NCBI GenBank assembly: GCA_963706325.1
Contig: CAVPLT010000007.1
Coordinates: forward strand, 480,001-544,000
DNA length: 64,000 nt
Reading direction: 5' to 3'
From: an uncultured Nitrospiraceae bacterium
GTDB lineage: Bacteria > Nitrospirota > Nitrospiria > Nitrospirales > Nitrospiraceae
In this document: one piece after another, positions 1 to 8,436 of the stretch
How positions within the stretch are numbered: position 1 is the first letter of the stretch
How the letters are laid out: each line of letters starts with the position of its first letter
Position numbers and translations under genes: made by a program
The notes under the pieces: model-generated
Told to the model about the DNA's origin: nothing
Databases searched by the model: none
Seen by the model: only the letters and a program-made list of their open reading frames with translations

Positions 1-342
1 AAGGGTGGGAATCACGCTGATATTGGCCAGATATCCAGCTGCAAATGTAAGGGAGGCTTCCGTGCCTTTGAATTGTGCGAGGGCTGTTTCGAGTGCTTCG
101 TGTGGTGGGAGAGTGCCACATACAAGGCGAGATGCTCCGGATCCCGCTCCATATTGCCTGGTAGCCGATACGGCAGCTTCCACAACGGCCGGATGCGTCG
201 CAAGGCCTAGGTAGTTATTGGACGAAAGAAGTGTAATACGGCGATTATCCAGAACGACCGTGGGACCTGTCGCCGAGGTCATGGTCCGAAGCCGGCGCAA
301 TAGGTGCTGATCCTCTAGTTTTTGAAGGTGTTGTTCAAACAT
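1..342 (-). CDS. bioF: 8-amino-7-oxononanoate synthase, 5' part (runs off the window edge)
   Basis: Read by hand, not in the ORF track. ATG at 342 gives MFEQHLQKLEDQHLLRRLR...LLSSNNYLGLATHPAV...YGAGSGASRLVCG...ALETALAQFKGTEASLTFAAGYLAN, with the SNNYLGL and GSGASRL motifs of BioF/AONS-family PLP enzymes. Confidence 0.85.
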   Translation of the reverse strand, partial: MFEQHLQKLEDQHLLRRLRTMTSATGPTVVLDNRRITLLSSNNYLGLATHPAVVEAAVSATRQYGAGSGASRLVCGTLPPHEALETALAQFKGTEASLTFAAGYLANISVIPTL

Positions 343-374
343 AGGCTACTCGTTCTATTAACACGCCGGGGTAT

Positions 375-404
375 TTGACAAGGCTGACAAGTCCCTAGTA
401 TAAG
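375..404 (+). promoter_or_regulatory. Putative sigma-70 promoter for the 465 gene
   Basis: TTGACA (375-380) followed by TAGTATAAG (396-404); spacing is 15 nt to TAGTAT or 18 nt to TATAAG. Confidence 0.45.
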
Positions 405-464
405 GCGCGAGGCTGGCGGAAACGACCGCTTCTTTTTTGTGTTTCAAACAGATGATCCGTACCC

Positions 465-1298
465 ATGAGCTATCGAATTAGAACTCCCGCAAAAGTAGAT
501 CCGCTGGACGAAACCCATTTGCTGAGTGGAGTTGAACGATTTCTGCTCTTGCTGGAAGAACAGCGACGGGCATTTCTCGTTGGTCTCGGGGTCTTGCTGG
601 TGGCGGCCTCAGTAGTCCTTGGGGTGATCTGGTACGACTATCAGACCACGCTGAGGGCGCGTGAACTGGATCAGGAGGCGACGCTTCACTATCTCAATCG
701 GCCGGCCGACGATCCGAAGAAGGCGCATGAGCAGCTGACTCAGGCCGTTAACCTGTACCGACAGGTGGTGGATCAATATCCACGGACTCCCGTCGCACCC
801 TTAGCCTTGTTCCATTTGGGCAACGCGCAGGTACTGAGCAATGAAGTCGATGCGGGAATCGAAAGCTACAAGCGGTTCATGTTTCTATACAGCACCAATT
901 CTCCATTGCTGGGTCTGGTCCAGCAACGCTTGGCATACGCGTATTTGATGAAGGGCGATCGAGATCAGGCAACCAAGGCGTTTACTGGCATTCTGGAAAT
1001 CCCTGGTGCCCTCAATAAAGACCACGTGCTTTTTGAGCTGGCCAAAATGGAAGAGTCGCAGTCCCGCCCGGAGGGAGCGCTCGCGCATTACCAAGACCTG
1101 ATGAAGAATTATCCCAACTCGCCCTTCACGAGTGAAGCGGCCGTCCGCGTGAAGGTGTTGGAAGTGAAGAAGTCTCCGGATAGTCCCCCGACTGGTGCCA
1201 CGGCTCCTTCGGCGGCCAGTGCACCTGCCTCTCCGCCTGAGTCGCCAGCCAAGACCTCGGGCAAACCTGTAACACCGACATCCAAAAAGAAGCCGTAG
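465..1298 (+). CDS. Membrane-anchored TPR protein (YfgM/BamD-like)
   Basis: Single N-terminal TM helix (AFLVGLGVLLVAASVVLGVIWY), TPR motifs with YP.S/T turns, Pro/Ala/Ser-rich C-terminal tail. Confidence 0.7.
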   Translation: MSYRIRTPAKVDPLDETHLLSGVERFLLLLEEQRRAFLVGLGVLLVAASVVLGVIWYDYQTTLRARELDQEATLHYLNRPADDPKKAHEQLTQAVNLYRQVVDQYPRTPVAPLALFHLGNAQVLSNEVDAGIESYKRFMFLYSTNSPLLGLVQQRLAYAYLMKGDRDQATKAFTGILEIPGALNKDHVLFELAKMEESQSRPEGALAHYQDLMKNYPNSPFTSEAAVRVKVLEVKKSPDSPPTGATAPSAASAPASPPESPAKTSGKPVTPTSKKKP

Positions 1299-1337
1299 CC
1301 GTTCGCCTCCGAGAGAGGTCGGCGTCGTGTGGGCGGG

Positions 1338-2726
1338 TTAGTGCGCGATGACGAGACGGCTCCCTGCCTTTATGGTGGGGCCGGTGAGGTTGTTGTTGGC
1401 CTTGAGGGCTTTGACGGAGATCTTGAAACGCTTGGCGATCTTCTCAAGCGAGTCCCCCACACGGACGCGATACCAGTGCCCGGAGTCAGGTTCGTTCCTG
1501 ATTTGCCGGACCTTAACAGGGACCGAGAGTGGCGCGAACTTATGGGTCGGGGCACGATCTAATAATCGCTCCACCTTGACCCTGGTACCTACCGGAACCT
1601 TCAGGTGATATTCGGCGTCGTCCGGTGGCGTGGCATCCCGCCGCAATTCCGGGTTGAGGACCTTCAATTCCTGATACGAGATCCCTGTCAGGTTCGCGAT
1701 GGCCTTGAAGTGAATGGGGCGCCGCACGACCACTTCTTCAAACTCATGTCGTTGGATATCATTCTGTGGAAATCCGTAGCGATCCGGATTTTTGGCGATT
1801 ATTGTCGCAGCCATAAAGCGAGGCACGTATTCTTTCGTTTCCCTCCGAATCAGGCGAGTCTTGGCGATGTCTGAAAAGCTTTCTGCTTGAGCCGTATGCA
1901 GGGCCCGCATCACCTTGCCTTCGCCGGCATTGTAGGCAGCCATTGCGAGAGGCCATGTTCCGAATAAGTCGTACAAGTCTCGCAAATAGCGTGCTGCGGC
2001 AACAGTCGACTTGACTGGATCCCGTCGTTCATCCACGTAGCTGTCTACCCGCAAACCATAAACTTTGGCCGTGCCCTTCATGAATTGCCACGGCCCGGCT
2101 GCGCGTGCGCGCGAGTAGGCGTGAGGGTTGAACCCGCTTTCTACCAGTGACAGATAGATGAGATCGCTTGGAAGCTGGAACTCGGAGAAGATGCTGTCGA
2201 CCAACGGTCGATAATGGCTTAGGCGGATGAGCCATTGTTCAAACCGGCTCCGGATCGACACGTTAAAAAATCGAATGTGGCCCTGAACGGAAGGGTCGAG
2301 CACAATGGGCACATTGTACGCCGTCGCTTCTTCTGATTCCTGATCCTGCGCGGCGGCAGCCTCCTGGATCACTTCGGCGGGAGGCGTCAGCAGATCTGCA
2401 AATCTGGCGGTAGTGCCGCTGAGAGGTTTAAGCTGAAGGAGCGATTCCGCCGGCGGGACTTCTGTTGACCGCTCACTGGCGACCGCTGTTGAGTGTTCAG
2501 CCGCCTCGCTTTCTGCCGCGGTGAGGCGATCCTCTTCATCCAATATGTAGTCAGGCTCTGGAAAGGGCTGAACGTCCTGAGTGGTCGGGTCTGAGGTCGG
2601 GGAATGATCGGCCTGAGGCGGGATCGGCTCCTCGGCCTGTGTCACGATTGAGGTGGACAAGAAGATTGCAGAGCTGCAGAAAAAAACCAGGTAGCGGAAT
2701 CCGGCGCCAAGGAATCGAGCATGCAT
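1338..2726 (-). CDS. mltD: Lytic murein transglycosylase, SLT + LysM (MltD family)
   Basis: VESGFNP, AAGPWQFM, AAYNAGEG and ETKEYVP SLT motifs; C-terminal LysM (YRVRVGDSLEKIAKRF); signal peptide. Confidence 0.88.
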   Translation of the reverse strand: MHARFLGAGFRYLVFFCSSAIFLSTSIVTQAEEPIPPQADHSPTSDPTTQDVQPFPEPDYILDEEDRLTAAESEAAEHSTAVASERSTEVPPAESLLQLKPLSGTTARFADLLTPPAEVIQEAAAAQDQESEEATAYNVPIVLDPSVQGHIRFFNVSIRSRFEQWLIRLSHYRPLVDSIFSEFQLPSDLIYLSLVESGFNPHAYSRARAAGPWQFMKGTAKVYGLRVDSYVDERRDPVKSTVAAARYLRDLYDLFGTWPLAMAAYNAGEGKVMRALHTAQAESFSDIAKTRLIRRETKEYVPRFMAATIIAKNPDRYGFPQNDIQRHEFEEVVVRRPIHFKAIANLTGISYQELKVLNPELRRDATPPDDAEYHLKVPVGTRVKVERLLDRAPTHKFAPLSVPVKVRQIRNEPDSGHWYRVRVGDSLEKIAKRFKISVKALKANNNLTGPTIKAGSRLVIAH

Positions 2727-2779
2727 AAAAGCACCCGCAGATTGTTCAGGGGGATGTCGGTTGCCGATTATCTAAACGT

Positions 2780-2808
2780 AGACTATCGAGGAGGGTGCAA
2801 CTTGTCAA
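2780..2808 (-). promoter_or_regulatory. Putative sigma-70 promoter for mltD
   Basis: On the - strand TTGACA-17 nt-TAGTCT. Confidence 0.55.
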
Positions 2809-2950
2809 GAATTTGAGGGAGTTGAATCCCTATCCAGATTCGCTTCGCGAGTCAGTCATAGGATCGAGTGTGTGCAATCCACGTAGTATTTTGCCCGTCG
2901 CTGAGTGCATTGAACTCTCTGAAAAGATAAGCATCTTCACGCTCCGTTCC

Positions 2951-2979
2951 TTGACTCCTCAGGGGGGCTATGGTAGCGT
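2951..2979 (+). promoter_or_regulatory. Putative sigma-70 promoter for the aminotransferase-serA operon
   Basis: TTGACT-17 nt-TAGCGT with an upstream TG (extended -10). Confidence 0.5.
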
Positions 2980-3035
2980 ACGCCCCTTCCAAATCCCTGA
3001 CATTGTCCGTTTCGTACAGTGAGGAGGTTCGTTCC

Positions 3036-4181
3036 ATGCTCAAACGGTATTTGCTGGCTCCCGGACCCACCCCCGTTCCTCCGGAGGTGCTATTGGCGAT
3101 GGCCAGACCGATGATTCATCACCGGGCGCCTGAATTCGACAAGCTCTTCGGTGAAGTTCGTGAAGATTTAAAGTGGTTGTTTCAGACCAGGAACGACGTG
3201 TTGATTCTCGCGGCATCCGGGACGGGAGGCATGGAAGGAGCAGTCTCGAATTTCTTGTCTCCAGGAGATAAAGCTATCACAGTGAATGGCGGCAAGTTCG
3301 GCGAGCGATGGACCAAGCTTTGTAAGACGTTCGGCGCGCAGGTGACCGAGTTGAAGGTCGAATGGGGTCACGCGGTGGATCCCCAGGCCGTTGCCGATGC
3401 TCTAAAGAAGGACCCCTCGATTAAAGCGGTATATGTGCAGGCGAGCGAAACTTCCACGGCAGTGGCGCACGATGTCAAAGCCTTGGCCGATATCGTCAAA
3501 GGGTATGAGGAAACCATTCTGGTGGTAGATGCGATCACCGCCCTAGGGGTACTTGACCTCAAGACCGATGCCTGGGGCCTCGACGTGGTCATTACCGGAT
3601 CGCAGAAGGCCTTGATGTTGCCACCGGGGCTGGCCTTTGCCAGCGTGAGTGAGAAGGCCTGGCGATTGGCCGATAAGGCGAAGAACGCGGCGTTTTATTT
3701 CAATTTTAAGCGAGAGCGTGAGAATCAGCAGAAGAGTACGACCGCGTATACGCCGGCCGTGTCGCTTATTCTGGGACTGAAAGAAGTGATGAATATTTTG
3801 AAGGCGGAAGGGTTGGAGGCAGTCTTCGCCCGCCATGCCATGTTAGCGACAGCGATGCGTGAAGGTGTCAAGGCTGCCGGACTTTCCATCTTTCCTCGAG
3901 AGCGTCCGAGCGATGCCTTGACCGCCATTGTCGCTCCGCAAGGTGTAGATGGCCAAGCTGTCTACAAGAATTTGCGGACTCAGTACGGCATGACGGCTGC
4001 AGGTGGCCAGGATCACTTGAAGGGCAAGATCTTCCGCATTTCGCATATGGGCTATATTGATAGTTTTGATGTTATCACTGCCCTGGCCGCGGTGGAAATG
4101 GTCATCAAAGGGCTCGGTTATCCCTTGAAGCTTGGCAGCGGGGTCGCAAAGGCTCAAGAAATTATTATGGGAAAGTCCTAG
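3036..4181 (+). CDS. Class V PLP aminotransferase (serine-pyruvate/alanine-glyoxylate family), probable phosphoserine aminotransferase
   Basis: LLAPGPTP, HHRAPEF, SGTGGME, ETST and GSQKALMLPPG (PLP lysine) motifs. Start moved to ATG 3036 behind RBS GAGGAGG (3021-3027). Directly upstream of serA. Confidence 0.85.
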   Translation: MLKRYLLAPGPTPVPPEVLLAMARPMIHHRAPEFDKLFGEVREDLKWLFQTRNDVLILAASGTGGMEGAVSNFLSPGDKAITVNGGKFGERWTKLCKTFGAQVTELKVEWGHAVDPQAVADALKKDPSIKAVYVQASETSTAVAHDVKALADIVKGYEETILVVDAITALGVLDLKTDAWGLDVVITGSQKALMLPPGLAFASVSEKAWRLADKAKNAAFYFNFKRERENQQKSTTAYTPAVSLILGLKEVMNILKAEGLEAVFARHAMLATAMREGVKAAGLSIFPRERPSDALTAIVAPQGVDGQAVYKNLRTQYGMTAAGGQDHLKGKIFRISHMGYIDSFDVITALAAVEMVIKGLGYPLKLGSGVAKAQEIIMGKS

Positions 4182-4209
4182 GCTCACCTCCAGGTAAGGC
4201 ACCACGACA

Positions 4210-5802
4210 ATGAAAATTTTGGTCAGCGATAGTCTCTCGAAGCAGGGAGTAGAGGTATTAGAAAAGGCCGGCTTTACGGTCGTGGTGAAAACCAAGTTAC
4301 CCAAAGAGGAGCTGCTGAAGGAAATCGCGGACGCAGATGGTCTGATCGTTCGCTCCGGGACGAAAGTGACCGCGGAGGTCATTGCCGCGGCCGGTCGCTT
4401 GAAGGTCGTTGGGCGAGCCGGGTCCGGCTTGGACAATGTCGATACTCCTGCTGCCACGCGTCGCGGCATTGTCGTGATGAATACGCCGGGCGGTAATACC
4501 GTGACGACCGCCGAGCACACGATGGCCATGATTTTTTCGATGTCGCGTCGCATCCCGCAAGCCACTGCCTCTACCAAGGCCGGGAAGTGGGAAAAAGAAA
4601 AGTTCATGGGCGTGGAGTTGTACAACAAAGTGCTTGGGATTGTCGGTGTCGGGCAAATCGGCGGATATCTCACTAAGCTCGCGCAGGGAGTCGGCATGCA
4701 GGTGTTGGCATATGATCCCTATCTAGCGGAGGAACGGGCTCAGAAGATGGGTGTGACCATCGTTGAGCTGGATGAACTCTTTCGCCGGGCGGATGTGATA
4801 TCGGTACACACGCCGCTTACGCCGGAAACCAAGTCGCTCATCAATGCGCAAGCTATTGCCAAGATGAAACCGGGAGTGATGATTGCCAACTGCGCGCGTG
4901 GCGGTATTGTGCATGAAGGGGATCTGTGCGAGGCGCTCAAATCCAAAAAGGTGTCCGCTGCCGCATTCGACGTATTCGAGGATGAACCAGTGAAGCCGGA
5001 TAATCCTCTCCTCGCTTTGGATAATTTTATCTGTTCCCCGCACATCGGAGCGTCCACGACAGAAGCCCAAGAAAACGTCGCTGTGGGCATCGCGGAGCAG
5101 ATCGTTGAGTATTTCACCAAAGGGATTGCCCGTGGCGCCGTGAACATTCCTTCCGTGTCGCCCGAGCTGCTGCCGCAACTCCAGCCGTATCTCTCGCTGG
5201 GGGAACGGGTGGGGCTATTGCAGGCGCAGCTATTGGAGGGTGGGTTGGAACGGTTGACGGTCGAGTATAGCGGGGAAGTCGCAGGCTTGAATGTGGCGCC
5301 CTTGACCATTGCGGTCTTGAAAGGGCTTCTAACTCCTATCCTTGAAGATCCAATCAATTATGTGAATGCTCCCATCGTCGCCAAGGAACGCGGCATCGCG
5401 GTCAAAGAGGTCAAAACCAACGATGCCGGAGATTTTACGAGCGTGATCCGTGTTCGCGTGGAAGCCGGAAAGAAATCTCATCAGGTGGCCGGGACATTGT
5501 ATAGTCGCAAGGATCCACGCATTATTGAAATCGACCAGTTCAAGGTCGAAGTGGTGCCCGACAATCATCTTCTGTTGATTATGAATGAGGATCGTCCAGG
5601 CGTGATTGGCACCGTGGGCCATGTGCTGGGAGACCACAATATTAATATCGCGCGCATGCAGTGTTCACGAGAAGAACGCGGTGGAAACGCGTTGTTGATT
5701 TTTGGGCTCGATGCGCCGCTTCCGACGTCAGTGCTCGATCACATTAAGAGCAGCAAGCACATCCTTTCCGTGAAGGTCGCCGACCTGTCGAAAGGCTTGT
5801 AG
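4210..5802 (+). CDS. serA: D-3-phosphoglycerate dehydrogenase
   Basis: RAGSGLDNVD, GVGQIG, NCARGG and PHIGAST motifs; C-terminal ASB + ACT domains (DRPGVIG). Confidence 0.95.
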   Translation: MKILVSDSLSKQGVEVLEKAGFTVVVKTKLPKEELLKEIADADGLIVRSGTKVTAEVIAAAGRLKVVGRAGSGLDNVDTPAATRRGIVVMNTPGGNTVTTAEHTMAMIFSMSRRIPQATASTKAGKWEKEKFMGVELYNKVLGIVGVGQIGGYLTKLAQGVGMQVLAYDPYLAEERAQKMGVTIVELDELFRRADVISVHTPLTPETKSLINAQAIAKMKPGVMIANCARGGIVHEGDLCEALKSKKVSAAAFDVFEDEPVKPDNPLLALDNFICSPHIGASTTEAQENVAVGIAEQIVEYFTKGIARGAVNIPSVSPELLPQLQPYLSLGERVGLLQAQLLEGGLERLTVEYSGEVAGLNVAPLTIAVLKGLLTPILEDPINYVNAPIVAKERGIAVKEVKTNDAGDFTSVIRVRVEAGKKSHQVAGTLYSRKDPRIIEIDQFKVEVVPDNHLLLIMNEDRPGVIGTVGHVLGDHNINIARMQCSREERGGNALLIFGLDAPLPTSVLDHIKSSKHILSVKVADLSKGL

Positions 5803-5820
5803 ATTGCCCCGCAGTCGACC

Positions 5821-6948
5821 ATGGGCTCTCTGTCGTTGAAGGCTCCTTCTTCTCCCACCTCTCGCGTGGCGGGCCAGGAACGGTCGCTGATTCCTGTAGG
5901 GATGAGCACGATCCTCCCCGAGGCCGCACGACGCATTCGACATCTCGAACAGACGCTTCTTGCCGTTCTGGCCCGTGGGGGCTATGAAGAAATTATTCTG
6001 CCGATGTTTGAGTACCTCGACGTGCTCGCGCCGGGACTCGAGTCTGACCTGATTGAAAAGAGTTACCAGTTTGTTGATCGGGCAACGGGCCGACTGATGT
6101 TGTTGCGCCCCGATGCGACCGCGCAGGTTGCGCGGACTGTCGCCATGGGCATGATGGGCACGAGGCTGCCGTTGCGCCTCTGCTATCGCACCTCAGTCTT
6201 TCGTTACGAACGTGAACATGCCGGACGCGATCGGGAAATCTTTCAGGTCGGGGCCGAACTCATTGGGGTGGAGGGGGTTGCCGGAGACGCAGAGGTTCTG
6301 ACCCTGATGCTGGAATGTCTGATCCGGGTAGGCCTGCCCTCGTACAAAGTCGCCGTGGGCCATGTTGGATTTTTTACAGCTTTGCTTATCCGATCCGGTT
6401 TGTCCACCGAGGGGCAAAAGCGTGTCGAGCAGGCTGCTGCGAGGAAAGACATGCCGCTTCTAGAGAGTCTGCTCGCAAGCGACGGGGTGCCACGATCGTC
6501 GGCGCGAGTCATTCTTGAAGCATTGGAGCTCTGCGGGGGCTCCGAGGTGTTGACTCGTGGCCGGAAGTTAGTGGGACGCGATCGAACGCTCTTACGACCG
6601 CTCGAGCGGCTCGCTCAGGTTTACGAGCGGCTCGTTTCGCCGGGGCGGCAGTCGATCCTGATTGATCTGGGTGAATTCCGAGGATTTGAATATTACGATG
6701 GAATTGTCTTCGATGTGTTCGCGCCCGGCATCGGAGCGGAATTGGGCGGGGGCGGGCGCTACGACCATCTGATGGGCCGTTTTGGCCGCGCCGCCGCATC
6801 TACGGGATTCGCTCTGGATGTGGATCGCCTGTTTCGAGCCATCGATTTGTCGGGAGATTCTGTGCCGCCTGGTTCCGCGGTTTTTCCCACGAATCGCATA
6901 AAGCCTACGTCCGGTTCGGCACGTGAGCGACGAAGGAGCCGATCATGA
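5821..6948 (+). CDS. hisZ: ATP phosphoribosyltransferase regulatory subunit
   Basis: HisRS-like fold lacking the anticodon domain: LRPDAT, VFRYE, EIFQVGAELIG, YYDGIVF, GGGRYD. Confidence 0.85.
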   Translation: MGSLSLKAPSSPTSRVAGQERSLIPVGMSTILPEAARRIRHLEQTLLAVLARGGYEEIILPMFEYLDVLAPGLESDLIEKSYQFVDRATGRLMLLRPDATAQVARTVAMGMMGTRLPLRLCYRTSVFRYEREHAGRDREIFQVGAELIGVEGVAGDAEVLTLMLECLIRVGLPSYKVAVGHVGFFTALLIRSGLSTEGQKRVEQAAARKDMPLLESLLASDGVPRSSARVILEALELCGGSEVLTRGRKLVGRDRTLLRPLERLAQVYERLVSPGRQSILIDLGEFRGFEYYDGIVFDVFAPGIGAELGGGGRYDHLMGRFGRAAASTGFALDVDRLFRAIDLSGDSVPPGSAVFPTNRIKPTSGSARERRRSRS

Positions 6949-8300
6949 AAGCGCTTTCCGCTGTCGATCTGACGTCTCCCAAATTGCCGCCACAGAATGT
7001 CGAGGCAGAACAGTCGGTTCTGGGCGCGATTCTTCTGGACAACACGGCGATGGCCAAGGCCATGGAACTCTTGACTGACGAGGAGTTTTATCGTACCGCG
7101 CACCGCAAGATTTATCAGGCGATGTTGGAGCTGTCGGATCGTGGCGAAGTGATCGATCAGATCACCTTAACGGAGAGTCTGAAAAGCCGATCAGAACTCG
7201 ACTCCGTCGGTGGATCGGCCTATTTAGCGGAGCTGGTGCAAACAGTCCCAACGGCCGCAAACGTGCGGTATCATAGCAAGATCGTGCGCGATAAGGCCCT
7301 CTTGCGAGGGCTTATTCAGACCTCGACGGAAGTAATCACACGTGGTTATGACGGCACGGCGGCGGTGGATGAGTTGCTCGATTTTGCTGAACGCTCGGTG
7401 TTCAGTCTGGCGCAAGGAAAGTTAGACCGATCTTTTACCCCGGTGAATCAGATCATCAAGGAAAGTCTTGATGTCGTGGATCGGTTGTCCAAGCGGAAGG
7501 AACGTGTGACTGGCGTGCCGACCGGTTACATCGATCTGGATGATCTGACCGCCGGACTACAGCCCTCGGATTTAATCGTCATTGCCGGGCGCCCCAGCAT
7601 GGGAAAGACGAGTCTTGCGCTCGGGATGGCGCAACACGCCGCGCTTCATAGTGGCACCGTCGTCGGTATCTTCAGCCTTGAAATGTCGAAACCTCAGCTC
7701 GTGCTTCGTATGTTGAGTTCTGAGGCCCGTGTGGATGCACACGCGCTCCGGACCGGTAGGTTGCAAAAGGAAGACTGGTGGCGGCTGGCTGAAGCGGCCG
7801 GTAAATTGGAACAAGCGCCGATCTTTATTGACGATTCGGGGGCCGTGACGGTTCAACAGATGCGTGGAAAGGCCCGGCGGCTCAAGGCCGAGCATGGGCT
7901 CGATTTGCTGATCGTCGACTACCTGCAGCTGATGCAGGGAAAGAGTGATTCAGAGTCGAGGCAGCAAGAAATTTCCGACATTTCGCGTTCATTAAAAAGT
8001 CTTGCGAAGGAGCTCAACGTTCCCGTGATCGCGCTTTCGCAGCTCAGCCGTGCGGTCGAAGCCAGGAAGCCGCCCATTCCCATGTTGGCCGACCTGCGGG
8101 AGAGCGGCGCCATCGAACAAGACGCCGACGTGGTGATGTTTATCTATCGTGAAGAAGTCTACGAGCCCGGCACCGAGCGGAAGGGAATTGCCGACATTCT
8201 AGTCAGCAAACATCGAAATGGTCCGATTGGGAAGCGGGAATTATTTTTTCACGATCGATTCGCCAAATTTGAGAATCTCGAGACCCGCGAGGTCGTTTGA
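6945..8300 (+). CDS. dnaB: Replicative DNA helicase
   Basis: PPQNVEAEQSVLG, GRPSMGKT, FSLEM, VDYLQL, LSQLSR, DLRESGAIEQDAD, KHRNGP; ATGA overlap with hisZ. Confidence 0.97.
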   Translation: MKALSAVDLTSPKLPPQNVEAEQSVLGAILLDNTAMAKAMELLTDEEFYRTAHRKIYQAMLELSDRGEVIDQITLTESLKSRSELDSVGGSAYLAELVQTVPTAANVRYHSKIVRDKALLRGLIQTSTEVITRGYDGTAAVDELLDFAERSVFSLAQGKLDRSFTPVNQIIKESLDVVDRLSKRKERVTGVPTGYIDLDDLTAGLQPSDLIVIAGRPSMGKTSLALGMAQHAALHSGTVVGIFSLEMSKPQLVLRMLSSEARVDAHALRTGRLQKEDWWRLAEAAGKLEQAPIFIDDSGAVTVQQMRGKARRLKAEHGLDLLIVDYLQLMQGKSDSESRQQEISDISRSLKSLAKELNVPVIALSQLSRAVEARKPPIPMLADLRESGAIEQDADVVMFIYREEVYEPGTERKGIADILVSKHRNGPIGKRELFFHDRFAKFENLETREVV

Positions 8301-8326
8301 CGCTTCCTTTCGCGGGCCGGTATAAT
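8297..8326 (+). promoter_or_regulatory. Putative sigma-70 promoter overlapping the dnaB stop codon
   Basis: TTGACG (8297-8302)-18 nt-TATAAT (8321-8326). Confidence 0.6.
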
Positions 8327-8436
8327 TCCCAAATATTTTGTTCACCTCCTCAAGCACTCCTTACAATCGAGCGAGCGCCGTGCAAAGATTGCGTGAAGAT
8401 TCTCTCCTATCACATGCCCCGAGAGGGAGCTCCTCT

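Noticed and set aside
417..440. Attenuator-like hairpin plus T run in the leader of the 465 gene
   Set aside because: The stem is only 4 bp (GCGG/CCGC); no leader peptide or riboswitch motif was recognised.
3843..5357. Long antisense ORFs over serA (similarly 12731..13783, 15808..16872, 44484..45383, 47830..48591)
   Set aside because: Shadow frames of well-supported genes in GC-rich DNA, with no protein motifs.
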